Source of the DNA: a virus
Lineage: Duplodnaviria > Caudoviricetes
Strand: one strand, 5' to 3'
Virus record (IMG/VR): IMGVR_UViG_3300036784_000179
Location: 1 to 59,390 of that record
Length of the DNA stretch: 59,390 bases
The notes under the pieces were generated by a model. The model saw only the letters and a list, made by a program, of their open reading frames with translations, did not search any database and was not told where the DNA came from. This document shows positions 33,753 to 42,080 of the stretch, in pieces. The position numbers and the translations under genes are program-made. Positions within the stretch are counted from its first letter, which is position 1; every line of letters starts with the position of its first letter.

Positions 33753-34028
33753 TTAACCCTGCTGCCCGCCGATCGCCACCCACTGACCATTGCGCCGGGC
33801 ATAGACCCGGCCATCCTGCGGTGCCTCGTCGATCCCGGCTTGCCGCACCTCCGGCTCGCCCGGCTGCTGTTCCGTGGTCGCCGGACCGCTGACGACGGCG
33901 ACCGCCAACGGATTGGCGGTGGTCGGCGGGTACCAGCCCTGGACATTGGGCGGCGGTCCGGCGACCTGGACCACCGGCACCGGATTGTTTAGCGACCAGG
34001 GTCCGCCCACAACACTGCGCCCGCTCAT
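33753..34028 (-). CDS. Small protein with C-terminal foldon-like motif
   Basis: PPNVQGWYPP and GIDEAPQDGRVYARRNGQWVAI shared with the end of 23737-25446. Confidence 0.75.
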   Translation of the reverse strand: MSGRSVVGGPWSLNNPVPVVQVAGPPPNVQGWYPPTTANPLAVAVVSGPATTEQQPGEPEVRQAGIDEAPQDGRVYARRNGQWVAIGGQQG

Positions 34029-34801
34029 CAGCAGGCCTCCTGGCCAAGCTGGAGCGGTGCGCCATCCTCGACCCGCGGCATGCGCAATTCGCGCGGCGGT
34101 GCCATCGCGGCAAACTCGTCGAGTGCCGAGACCACCGGGGCGCCGACGGTGAGCGCTCCCGAAAAGTTCGCCGCCGTCGCCGCCTTGGCGATCTCGACCG
34201 GGTCGTGCAACGCCGGGATATAGGCTGGTAGCTGCGTCTGCTGGCGTTGATACTCGACCGCGCGGGTCATCTGCAAGAGCTGCTGGCCGAGTGCGTCGAC
34301 CTGGTTTTCCAGGGTCGAGATGCGCAGCCGCAAGGCGTCGTTCTCGCCAGTCAATTTGGTGGCCAAGGCCTCGCGCTCGGCCTCGTCGAGATAGGCGCGC
34401 GCGCGGGCTCGCAGCATCTGGCCGCCCATGCCGAGGTTTTGCACCGCCAGATCAGACAAGTCGCCGAGGTCCTCGACGGTGCGGATATTGCGGTAATTGA
34501 GCTCGGCGATCTGCGCCCGCTTGAGGATCGGCCACTCGCTCAACGGCGTGCCACTGAGCGGCGCCTCCTTGCCGGCCTTAAACGCGGCGTAAAGCTCGGG
34601 CCAGCGCTCGGCATGCCCCTCGTTGACCCGCTCGACCAGGATCGTGCCCGAGCCGGGGATAAAGATTTTGACAAAATCAACATCGCGAAAGATGTCGCGC
34701 CCGGCCTTGACCGAGGCAAAACCGTCGCGCTCGGCGTCGGTGTAAAATTCGGCGCGGGTCTGCCGCGCCGGCCCGTCATAGCTTCGGCTATAGCCCAGCA
34801 T
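34028..34801 (-). CDS. Late-region protein with HhH-like domain and coiled coil
   Basis: GAGGAG RBS; FVKI.IPG...RWP..YAAFK.G....GTPL.EWP...I.TVE.L..LSD. Confidence 0.8.
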   Translation of the reverse strand: MLGYSRSYDGPARQTRAEFYTDAERDGFASVKAGRDIFRDVDFVKIFIPGSGTILVERVNEGHAERWPELYAAFKAGKEAPLSGTPLSEWPILKRAQIAELNYRNIRTVEDLGDLSDLAVQNLGMGGQMLRARARAYLDEAEREALATKLTGENDALRLRISTLENQVDALGQQLLQMTRAVEYQRQQTQLPAYIPALHDPVEIAKAATAANFSGALTVGAPVVSALDEFAAMAPPRELRMPRVEDGAPLQLGQEAC

Positions 34802-34837
34802 GGGCTTTCTCCTCGATTTGTAAGGGAGGGGAGGGGT

Positions 34838-35989
34838 TTAGGTGGCGACGTAGAGGGCGCGGCCCGAGCCCGCCGGCCCCGAGCCCGCCGGCCCGACCAA
34901 GACCTGCTGATAGACGACCGTCCCGGCCTCGTTGGTGGTCAGCAAGATGTTGGTCTGACCCGGGCTCAGCTGATCGGCCGCGAGTGCCGCAAAAAATTCG
35001 GTCACCGGTGCCAATGGCGCACCCGCGGCACCGCTCGGCGCGCTGCGCACATGCATCCCCGATGCGCCAGCGGACGGGAAGACGATGCGATAAGCCGGCC
35101 CGGTGGCCGCGTAGCGCAGCACCAGACCCCCATCAAAGTAGCAATTGAAGTTGACCCGCGCCCCGTCCCCCCCGGCGCCGCTCGACCACGGCACATTGAG
35201 GTAATTGGCAAACAGCGAGCTCGCCGCGACATCGCTCGGCGGCGGCGTACCGAGACTAACCGCGTTGGGCCCAAAGACCGCGATCGGGTTCTGCGGGATC
35301 GGGTCCCATGAGGGGATTGCCTGACCGGCCAGCCCGCTCGGTGTCGTGTGCAACGCGAGCTGGCCGGTCACGCCGTCAAAGCGCCATTGCAAGGCCGGCC
35401 CATTGCCGAGATAGTGCCAGGTCCCGGCGGGGGTGTTGTCAAAATAGGCGTTAAAGGTCATCCGCCCGCTGGGTGGCGGCCCTTGCGACCCGCGCAGACC
35501 AAGTGCGACGCACAACACATCGCTGACAAACAAATCGCCATCGGTCGCGTCGGTCGGTGGAAGCGCGCCACCAATCACCAATGGACCGGGGATCGTCAAG
35601 GCGCGGCCGGCCTCGCCCAGCATATTGCCGACCAGCCACTGTTGGCGCGCCGGGATAAAAAACCCGGTTGAGGCCGGGCTTATCGCCCAGCTGGCCCCCG
35701 GCGCGCGGTCATTAAACCAGTCGGTGCTGTGGGGCCACACATTGATCGTGTTGGGCCCCGTATTGCGGATGACATGAATAAATTGGCCACTCGCCGGGTG
35801 CAGCCGCACCCCGCGGATCGCCGCCGTGTCGCCAGCCACTCCCTGGACCAGGTTGAGATTGGTTTCGAGAAGTGTCGCGTCGAGCAGGGTCGAGCCCGCC
35901 GGGGCGACTATCACCGGCACGTCGGAGGCCAGCATATGCGCCGCTTTGGCCGCAAAGCCGGTCAACATCAGCTCGCGCTTGGTTGCCAT
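34838..35989 (-). CDS. Virion protein (probable capsid fibre)
   Basis: N-terminal LM.TG.AA.AA motif shared with neighbours; two internal FN.YFD repeats; C-terminal GPAGSGRAL.V. Confidence 0.65.
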   Translation of the reverse strand: MATKRELMLTGFAAKAAHMLASDVPVIVAPAGSTLLDATLLETNLNLVQGVAGDTAAIRGVRLHPASGQFIHVIRNTGPNTINVWPHSTDWFNDRAPGASWAISPASTGFFIPARQQWLVGNMLGEAGRALTIPGPLVIGGALPPTDATDGDLFVSDVLCVALGLRGSQGPPPSGRMTFNAYFDNTPAGTWHYLGNGPALQWRFDGVTGQLALHTTPSGLAGQAIPSWDPIPQNPIAVFGPNAVSLGTPPPSDVAASSLFANYLNVPWSSGAGGDGARVNFNCYFDGGLVLRYAATGPAYRIVFPSAGASGMHVRSAPSGAAGAPLAPVTEFFAALAADQLSPGQTNILLTTNEAGTVVYQQVLVGPAGSGPAGSGRALYVAT

Positions 35990-35990
35990 C

Positions 35991-36227
35991 CTAGACCCCC
36001 AACCGAAAAGCCTGGGCGGGCGGCATGCCGACCCCGGTCAAGGCCCGCATCGGCACATTGACGCCGCCCCCCGGCTGATCGGTGCCAAGCAGCCGCGCCT
36101 GCGGCGCCGGCATCCCGACATGCTGCAACAGCTGAGCCGGCGCGCCATTGGCACCATCGCTGCCGAGTAATCTCGCCATCGCCGGCGCCATCTTGAGACC
36201 GACCAGATCAGCCACCGTGGCGGGCAT
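35991..36227 (-). CDS. Small GMPxAQARLLG-repeat protein
   Basis: Three copies of the motif; paralogue of 40889-41128. Confidence 0.7.
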   Translation of the reverse strand: MPATVADLVGLKMAPAMARLLGSDGANGAPAQLLQHVGMPAPQARLLGTDQPGGGVNVPMRALTGVGMPPAQAFRLGV

Positions 36228-36234
36228 ACCCGCT

Positions 36235-36747
36235 CTAGTTCACAACCGGGCGCGAGATTTGCACATTGACCGTGGCGTCACCCGCCAGCGCGGCCCCGTT
36301 CACCACCGACCCGGTCAGGGCCCCCGCGGTCGCCGCCCCGCCAGCGCTCGAGGCGACCTGACCACCGGTCGCCGAGACCCCGACCGCGGCCGCGAGCGCG
36401 ATCGCCGCCCCGCTGGTCTTGGCGATCAGGGCATTGCCGCTGATCTGAAACCAGCCAAACTGACCCGCACCGATCGCCGCCATCGCGACCGCCACCGGCG
36501 AGCCGCCTTTGGCGCCGGTCGCCGCCAGGGCGGTCGCCGGGGTCAATTGGTTGTAGGTCACCAGCGAGCCCACCACCGTGTTGGCCACCCCCGGCAGATA
36601 AATAAACTCGCCGCCGCCGCCATTGACGCCCAAAGCCGGGTCGACGCCGTGCGCGAGCAAGCCCGGGTAGGCCGGCGAGCGCGGAAAAGTATCGACCTGG
36701 CGCATCGCTGGCAAACCGATCAGATCGTCTTGAAACGCCCAAGCCAT
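36235..36747 (-). CDS. Capsid decoration/cement protein
   Basis: Directly after MCP; GEFIYL.GVA.T..G..V.Y...PVAVAM.A....Q.GW.QI.G. Confidence 0.8.
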   Translation of the reverse strand: MAWAFQDDLIGLPAMRQVDTFPRSPAYPGLLAHGVDPALGVNGGGGEFIYLPGVANTVVGSLVTYNQLTPATALAATGAKGGSPVAVAMAAIGAGQFGWFQISGNALIAKTSGAAIALAAAVGVSATGGQVASSAGGAATAGALTGSVVNGAALAGDATVNVQISRPVVN

Positions 36748-36760
36748 TGATTGCTCCTCA

Positions 36761-36787
36761 AAATAAAACCCGGCTAAAGCCGGGTTT
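36761..36787 (-). terminator. Terminator after the major capsid gene
   Basis: AAACCCGGCT-AA-AGCCGGGTTT followed by TATTTT on the minus strand. Confidence 0.7.
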
Positions 36788-36809
36788 GCCGCGGGTTTAC
36801 TTACACCAC

Positions 36810-37841
36810 CTAGTTGATCAGCACGCCTTGCAAAAACGCGTTAGACATGGTCATGTTGCCGGCCCATCCGACAAGTTTGACCATCGCGTCTTGATTGACG
36901 GTAAATCGGTCAGGATTGAGCGGCGTCATGTTGCGCTCGCGATGTGGTCTTAGAAATATATAATCTGTATTCAGAAAATACATATGGTTTGACGGCGCAC
37001 CCGATAAGGTTGCCCAGGTGATGCCGCCACCAATCGGCCCCCCGGTGCCACCCGCGACCCCCTGAAAACCACCATCGAATACGACATCGGCATCCATGAA
37101 TTTGAGCGACTGAAAACCAGCAACACCCTCGCCTGGGCTAGTAATACGTTGTATAGCTTGCAATGACTCCCAATAAAATGTAAAGTAGGCGTTATCAGCG
37201 ATAATTAAATCTGGTCGATCTGTACCACGCACTTGGTTGAGCCATTGCCTATTCATCATGGTTTGCATCGTGGCAGTACCTGCGGTGAGCCCGGCCGCAG
37301 TAAACGAACCAATATAGGCGCGCCAGAACGGCCACAGTCCGCGATCGATACCGCCGACCACTCCCGAGGTCTCGACATCGGCGACCAGCAACTGCAGACC
37401 GCCGATCTGCTTGCCGCCGTCGAGCGTGCCATTGCCGTAGCAGTCGCCCGAGATGCCGTTGGTCATCGTCCGTTCGGCGTTGCCGATGCGGCTTTCGAGC
37501 AGGTCGATCATGCGCTCGACCCCGCTGTTCTGCAATTCCTCGAGACCGCTGATCGAGACCGCCACCGCAGCCTGCGCCCACGGGTATTGAGCCGCAGTAA
37601 ACACATCGGAGGGTGAAAGATTGAGGACGTCGTATCCTGAATATCTCTTGTAAGTGCCGTTCTCCGAGTATTCGAGCTCTTGGACAATTGCTTGCCCACC
37701 GTCGACCGGCTTGACTTTGTTGCGCTGGCTGAGACGGGCGAGGATTGCGTTGTTTTTGGTGACGTTGTCGGCGAGCTTGCGCGACCGGCTAAACAAGGTG
37801 GTGGTCGTGATTTCACCCCAGTTTGGATTTGGCGAGGGCAT
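36810..37841 (-). CDS. Major capsid protein
   Basis: 343 aa after scaffold; TTT...R...LADNV...NA.L..L...GG..I...LEY..N....YSGYD.L...YFLNT.YI...GN.T.SN...QG.L. Confidence 0.92.
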   Translation of the reverse strand: MPSPNPNWGEITTTTLFSRSRKLADNVTKNNAILARLSQRNKVKPVDGGQAIVQELEYSENGTYKRYSGYDVLNLSPSDVFTAAQYPWAQAAVAVSISGLEELQNSGVERMIDLLESRIGNAERTMTNGISGDCYGNGTLDGGKQIGGLQLLVADVETSGVVGGIDRGLWPFWRAYIGSFTAAGLTAGTATMQTMMNRQWLNQVRGTDRPDLIIADNAYFTFYWESLQAIQRITSPGEGVAGFQSLKFMDADVVFDGGFQGVAGGTGGPIGGGITWATLSGAPSNHMYFLNTDYIFLRPHRERNMTPLNPDRFTVNQDAMVKLVGWAGNMTMSNAFLQGVLIN

Positions 37842-37891
37842 GCTTTCTCCCCAGGAATAGGTTTGCGGAAAGGCCTACGCGGTCAGCGCGC

Positions 37892-39184
37892 CTAGCGGCG
37901 GTCGCCAGCCAATTGGGCCCGGATTTCATCGCGGATAGAGCGGTCGGATCCGGCGAGGTCCTGGGGCGCTGCACCGGGTCCGGGGGAGCCAGTGACGCTT
38001 GAACCCGCGCGGCGCGCGGCCTCGGATCTGGTCTTCCGCTCGTCTGCCGCTTTCCTTGCCTCGGCATCTCCACGTTGCTCAAGGAGGCGTTCACGGGTTG
38101 AGGGGAGGGACCATGCGGCTTCGTCGTAGAGCGACTGCAGATTGAATGACCGACCCGCCTCTTTCTCGATCTTGAGGAGTTCAGCCATGCGGTTCTCTAC
38201 TTCGGAAAACAACGGATGCAATAATTCGCCGGCACTGTTGCGGGCATCGGCAAACTCTTGATAGACCCGCCGCGCATTCTCGACCTCGCTGCGGAATTGC
38301 GCCTCGGCGCGGCCGCGCTCGGCACCCTCTAATGCCCGAAAACGCGCCTCCAGCGCCGGATCGAGCTGGGTCCGCCCGCCATTGGGCGACGGCAGATATT
38401 GGTCGTACCCGTCCGGGTGCGGCACATAACCATTATTGGACGGCAGCTGCCGCTGCGGCTGTGCGTCACCACCGGCGGTCGGGGCAAAACCGCGTCTGGC
38501 GTTGAGATGCTCGGCGATTTTAAACGGATCGGCTTGGTAGCCCGCGATCAGATTGGCGATCGTCTGGTCGCGGGTCGCCGGATCGGCGAGCCCGACCTCG
38601 GTGTTGTACCAAACCTGCAGGATTTCCTTGGGGCCGCGCCCCTCGCCGCGCAGCCTCTCACGGTGCGGCGCAAACAGCCGGTCGATATCGGTATAGTCGC
38701 GGTCATAGACCCCGACCCGCTCCTGCATCGCCGGCAGATCCTTTTCAAGCGCCGCCAATTTCTCCAGCCGCGGCTGAAAACCGCGCTCCATGCGTTTGTA
38801 GAGATCGAGAAACGGCGCCTTGGCGGGCTCGGGCAAGGCCTCAAACGTAGATTTATCGGCGGCCGCCCAATGCTGCGGGGCGCCGGTGCCGCCAGTCTGA
38901 TCGGCTCCCGCCCTGTCGCCGGAACCCGGCGATGGCGCATCGGCCGCCGCCGCCGGCGGCCGGTCGCCGGTGGACGACCCGCCAGCGGTCTCGCCGACCG
39001 GGGCCGCACCGCTCGGCGGCTCGCCCTCGCGCGGCGGCTGCCCGGCATTGGCCGGCTGATCAATACCCGCTCGGTCATCACCCGCCGGCCGCTCGGTGGT
39101 CTGCTCGCGAAAGGTCTCGGCGATCAAATCGCGCAATTCGCTGGGTGTGTTGCCGGTCGGTGGCAATTCGCGTTCTTCGGACAT
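37892..39184 (-). CDS. Capsid scaffolding protein
   Basis: Acidic disordered N-terminus, P..W....K..F..LP, HP.F..V...M, C-terminal SIRDEI; precedes MCP. Confidence 0.85.
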   Translation of the reverse strand: MSEERELPPTGNTPSELRDLIAETFREQTTERPAGDDRAGIDQPANAGQPPREGEPPSGAAPVGETAGGSSTGDRPPAAAADAPSPGSGDRAGADQTGGTGAPQHWAAADKSTFEALPEPAKAPFLDLYKRMERGFQPRLEKLAALEKDLPAMQERVGVYDRDYTDIDRLFAPHRERLRGEGRGPKEILQVWYNTEVGLADPATRDQTIANLIAGYQADPFKIAEHLNARRGFAPTAGGDAQPQRQLPSNNGYVPHPDGYDQYLPSPNGGRTQLDPALEARFRALEGAERGRAEAQFRSEVENARRVYQEFADARNSAGELLHPLFSEVENRMAELLKIEKEAGRSFNLQSLYDEAAWSLPSTRERLLEQRGDAEARKAADERKTRSEAARRAGSSVTGSPGPGAAPQDLAGSDRSIRDEIRAQLAGDRR

Positions 39185-39190
39185 GGCTTT

Positions 39191-39622
39191 TTACCCCTGG
39201 TAGCGTGCCGGCAGCGGCGGCGTGCCATTGGAGCGGCGCGCCGCACCGATCGATGGCGCGGTGCTGCCACGCGCCCGGTGGTGGGCGTCTTCGAGCTCCT
39301 CGCGGATCGACTTTTCCTTGGGTTGCTCTTCAGCGTCGGTCTTCTCGGCACCGAGCTTGTGCAAGACGAGCCCGACCCGGCGGTCGGAATTCTGGTCGGT
39401 GTCGCGCTGCTCGGCCGATGTCACATGCGCCTCGCCCTCGATCCGAAAATGATCGCCGGGTTTGGGCATCTGGTTGATGCCGAGCTTGCGCAGGCAGTCG
39501 TCATCGAGATTGATCACCAGCCCGTGGTGATAGTCCTCAGCCTCCGGCTGGTAGTGGCGGCCATAATTCTCCGCAGCGTTTTTCTTCTCGCGGTCGGAGC
39601 GCTTCATCACGACGGTCTTCAT
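39191..39622 (-). CDS. Capsid staple-like protein
   Basis: Y..GL.I.LDDD.L.KLG....P..G....I...A.V.S...V.L pattern; start at MKTVVM. Confidence 0.7.
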   Translation of the reverse strand: MKTVVMKRSDREKKNAAENYGRHYQPEAEDYHHGLVINLDDDCLRKLGINQMPKPGDHFRIEGEAHVTSAEQRDTDQNSDRRVGLVLHKLGAEKTDAEEQPKEKSIREELEDAHHRARGSTAPSIGAARRSNGTPPLPARYQG

Positions 39623-39790
39623 CGCCGGTTCCCCAATTGGTGACCTCGTAGGGCCCGCCGACCGCCCCCTCGCAACACGACAGGGTGGCGCACCCGCCGC
39701 AGGCCGGGCACCACCCCGGCGGCGCCACAACTGGCGGATTCCGCCAGTTGCAACCTAACTCGTTCAAACCATGGCAGAACGGGCAGGGCA

Positions 39791-40177
39791 TCAGGCCGGA
39801 TCGGGGCCCAAGATCCGCTCGACCTGGGGGCCTTCATAGCCTTGCTGACGCAACACCTGGGTCGCCTCGGCGCGGCGCTCGCCGGGGTCGCGCTCGATCT
39901 GGCGCTTGATGTCCCGGGCGATTTCGCCGGGTGCCCCCTCGACCATCGGCCGTGGGGCGAAGACCGCACGCTCGTTGCCGACCTCGATCAACTCATGCCG
40001 GTGCAAATGCTCGCGGTGCTGCGCCCGCCCGTCGATCGTCTCGCCAGTGCGTAGCGAGCGATAGGGCGCCAAATCGCCCTGCACCAGCGGTGCCGGCAAA
40101 TCCGAACGCGCCAAAGGGATCGCCGGCGGCTGCCACTCGACGAGCACGCCGGCGCGCATGACATAGCGTCGCCGCAT
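39791..40177 (-). CDS. Conserved-looking head-region protein
   Basis: D..PYRS..TGE.I.GR.QHREHL.RH...EVGNE motif between portal and scaffold. Confidence 0.75.
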   Translation of the reverse strand: MRRRYVMRAGVLVEWQPPAIPLARSDLPAPLVQGDLAPYRSLRTGETIDGRAQHREHLHRHELIEVGNERAVFAPRPMVEGAPGEIARDIKRQIERDPGERRAEATQVLRQQGYEGPQVERILGPDPA

Positions 40178-40290
40178 GAGATATATCCGTTGCTTTAGGA
40201 GCGATCAGCTGCGGGAGGCTGTGCGTCCGTGCGCGGCGCTTCTTGCCCCCTCGCAGCGCCGTCAGATCTCGGCCCTCGATTTCCGCTGCT

Positions 40291-40716
40291 TCAAGCCCTT
40301 CCTGGGCGCTCGCGAACCTCGGCGGTCAGCGCCAACCGATTGATCTCGTCGATCCGCAGCGGCCGACGCCAGTGCACCGCGATCGCAGCACGGCCCAGCT
40401 CGCCTGTCATCTCTTCAGTAAACCACGGCTCTCCGGTGCCCAAACCACGTGTTACCTGGTCGCGCGCCGACGCCGCTTGGCGCCACATTGTTGGGCTCCA
40501 ACGGAGCACCGGAACCGGCCTCGGCTCGGCACGGCGCCACAGCGCAACACTGAGGTGCCAGAGCGGGCGTCCGCCGGCATAGCGCACTCACTCCATTCCG
40601 ATATTTGCCGTCAGCAGAAACGACAGCTCGCCTTGTCGCCAACCATGGCCCAGCAGGATCTGATGCTCCGGATCAAACACCGGATGCTCCAGCGCGAACA
40701 ATATGTGGGAATTCAT
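40291..40716 (-). pseudogene. Hypothetical gene interrupted by one in-frame TGA (40588-40590), or two abutting in-frame ORFs
   Basis: MNSHILFALEHPVFDP...LTANIGME-TGA-VRYAGGRPLWHLSV... reads in a single frame. Confidence 0.45.
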
Positions 40717-40717
40717 C

Positions 40718-40885
40718 CTAAAGCGCTCCTACCAGCAGCAAGATCAGCACGACGATCAGCACGGTTCCCAGCATGCCGGCCGGATAGTAGCCCCATTGCT
40801 GGCTATACGGCCAGCGCGGCAATCCGCCGGCGATCAAGAGCACCAGCAACACAATCAGGATGACCGCGACCGGCGAAGCGTGCAT
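40718..40885 (-). CDS. DUF3309-family small membrane protein, 55 aa (absent from ORF track)
   Basis: ILIVLLVLLIAGGLPRWPYSQQWGYYPAGMLGTVLIVVLILLLVGAL. Confidence 0.85.
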   Translation of the reverse strand: MHASPVAVILIVLLVLLIAGGLPRWPYSQQWGYYPAGMLGTVLIVVLILLLVGAL

Positions 40886-40888
40886 CGG

Positions 40889-41128
40889 CTAGACCCCGAG
40901 CCGGCGCGCCAGGGCAGACGGCAGACCAGCCCGCATCAGGGTCGCCATCGGGGTGGTTTTGCCGGCACCCGGTGTGTCCGAGCCCAATAGTTTGGCTTGT
41001 GCGGCGGGAAAGCCGACCCCAAACAATTCGATCATCAAGGCGCCATTTCGTCCGTCGGTGCCGAGCAACCGCGCTTGCGCGGCCGGCATGCCCGACGCCA
41101 CCAAATCACGCATCACCGCTGCCATCAA
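40889..41128 (-). CDS. Small GMPxAQARLLG-repeat protein
   Basis: Three motif copies; GGAGGG RBS. Confidence 0.7.
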   Translation of the reverse strand: MMAAVMRDLVASGMPAAQARLLGTDGRNGALMIELFGVGFPAAQAKLLGSDTPGAGKTTPMATLMRAGLPSALARRLGV

Positions 41129-41141
41129 ACCCTCCCCGGGA

Positions 41142-42005
41142 TCACACCATCCCGCCGAGATCGCGTGACAAGAGATGGGTCGCGCGCGCCTGTTCCAATG
41201 CCGCGCGCTGCTGGATCTCCTGACCCTCCTGGTTGAGCTCGGCGACGCGCAACGCGCCGTCCTGCTGGATCTTGCGGGTGTCGGTCTGCGCCTCGATGTA
41301 GGCCTTCATTAGTTCGACCGAGTTTTTCTGCTGCTGCGCCTGGACCTTGGCGGCGTCGATCGCCTGGTCGCCTTGCGCGGTTTTTGCCTCGACCATCAAT
41401 TCCGCCGGCGACTTGCCGCCGCCGCCCTTTTGCTGCTGCCCATCCGGCGGGGTCGGCGGCGACTGGGCGAGGATCCGGAATGCTTGCTCAAACACCGGTT
41501 CGAGACCACGCGCCGAGGGAAACGCCCGCACCCCAAACATGACCAACGCCGCGGCCAGCGGTGCCACCGCCGGGTTTTGCTGAACTTCGGGGATGATCAT
41601 CTGCAGCATTGGCATGATTGCCTGGAGAAACTCGCTGCGCGCGGCTTTTTCGGCCTGCTCGTCGGGCGCCACCGTCGAATCGGCCTCGATGTCGATCTTG
41701 TAGCCGGTCGAGACATCGTGGCGGAGCAGGTGGCAGCCGCCGAGGAACTCGGTGCGCCGCCGTGTGGTTTCGGCATCCCAAGCGGCTTTTTGCTGGCGCC
41801 ACTGGGCAAACGCCGGATTTAGCATCATCCCCGGCGGCACCATGCCAAAAGGCGCCCCCCCGGTCACCGAACCCGGCGGTGGGCCGGGCCGTCCCAGGGC
41901 AGGCGGCCCGGCCATCCCCGATGCGGGGCTCGGTCCCGCCGTCCCCCCCGGCGGCATCGGGCTGCCGCCCGGAAAGCCGATCACGTTGCTACGCTGTTCG
42001 GACAC
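41142..42005 (-). CDS. Portal protein, C-terminal part (separate ORF)
   Basis: LLR.D...Y.IDIEADST...DEQAEK..R.EFL motif and Gln-rich coiled-coil barrel typical of portal C-termini; AAGGA RBS before GTG. Confidence 0.7.
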   Translation of the reverse strand: MSEQRSNVIGFPGGSPMPPGGTAGPSPASGMAGPPALGRPGPPPGSVTGGAPFGMVPPGMMLNPAFAQWRQQKAAWDAETTRRRTEFLGGCHLLRHDVSTGYKIDIEADSTVAPDEQAEKAARSEFLQAIMPMLQMIIPEVQQNPAVAPLAAALVMFGVRAFPSARGLEPVFEQAFRILAQSPPTPPDGQQQKGGGGKSPAELMVEAKTAQGDQAIDAAKVQAQQQKNSVELMKAYIEAQTDTRKIQQDGALRVAELNQEGQEIQQRAALEQARATHLLSRDLGGMV

Positions 42006-42080
42006 GGCTAAATCCTTTCGGCCATGGCCTTACACCCCTCACCAATCCAGGCGGCTCGGCGCAAACATCGCCAAGCCCAA

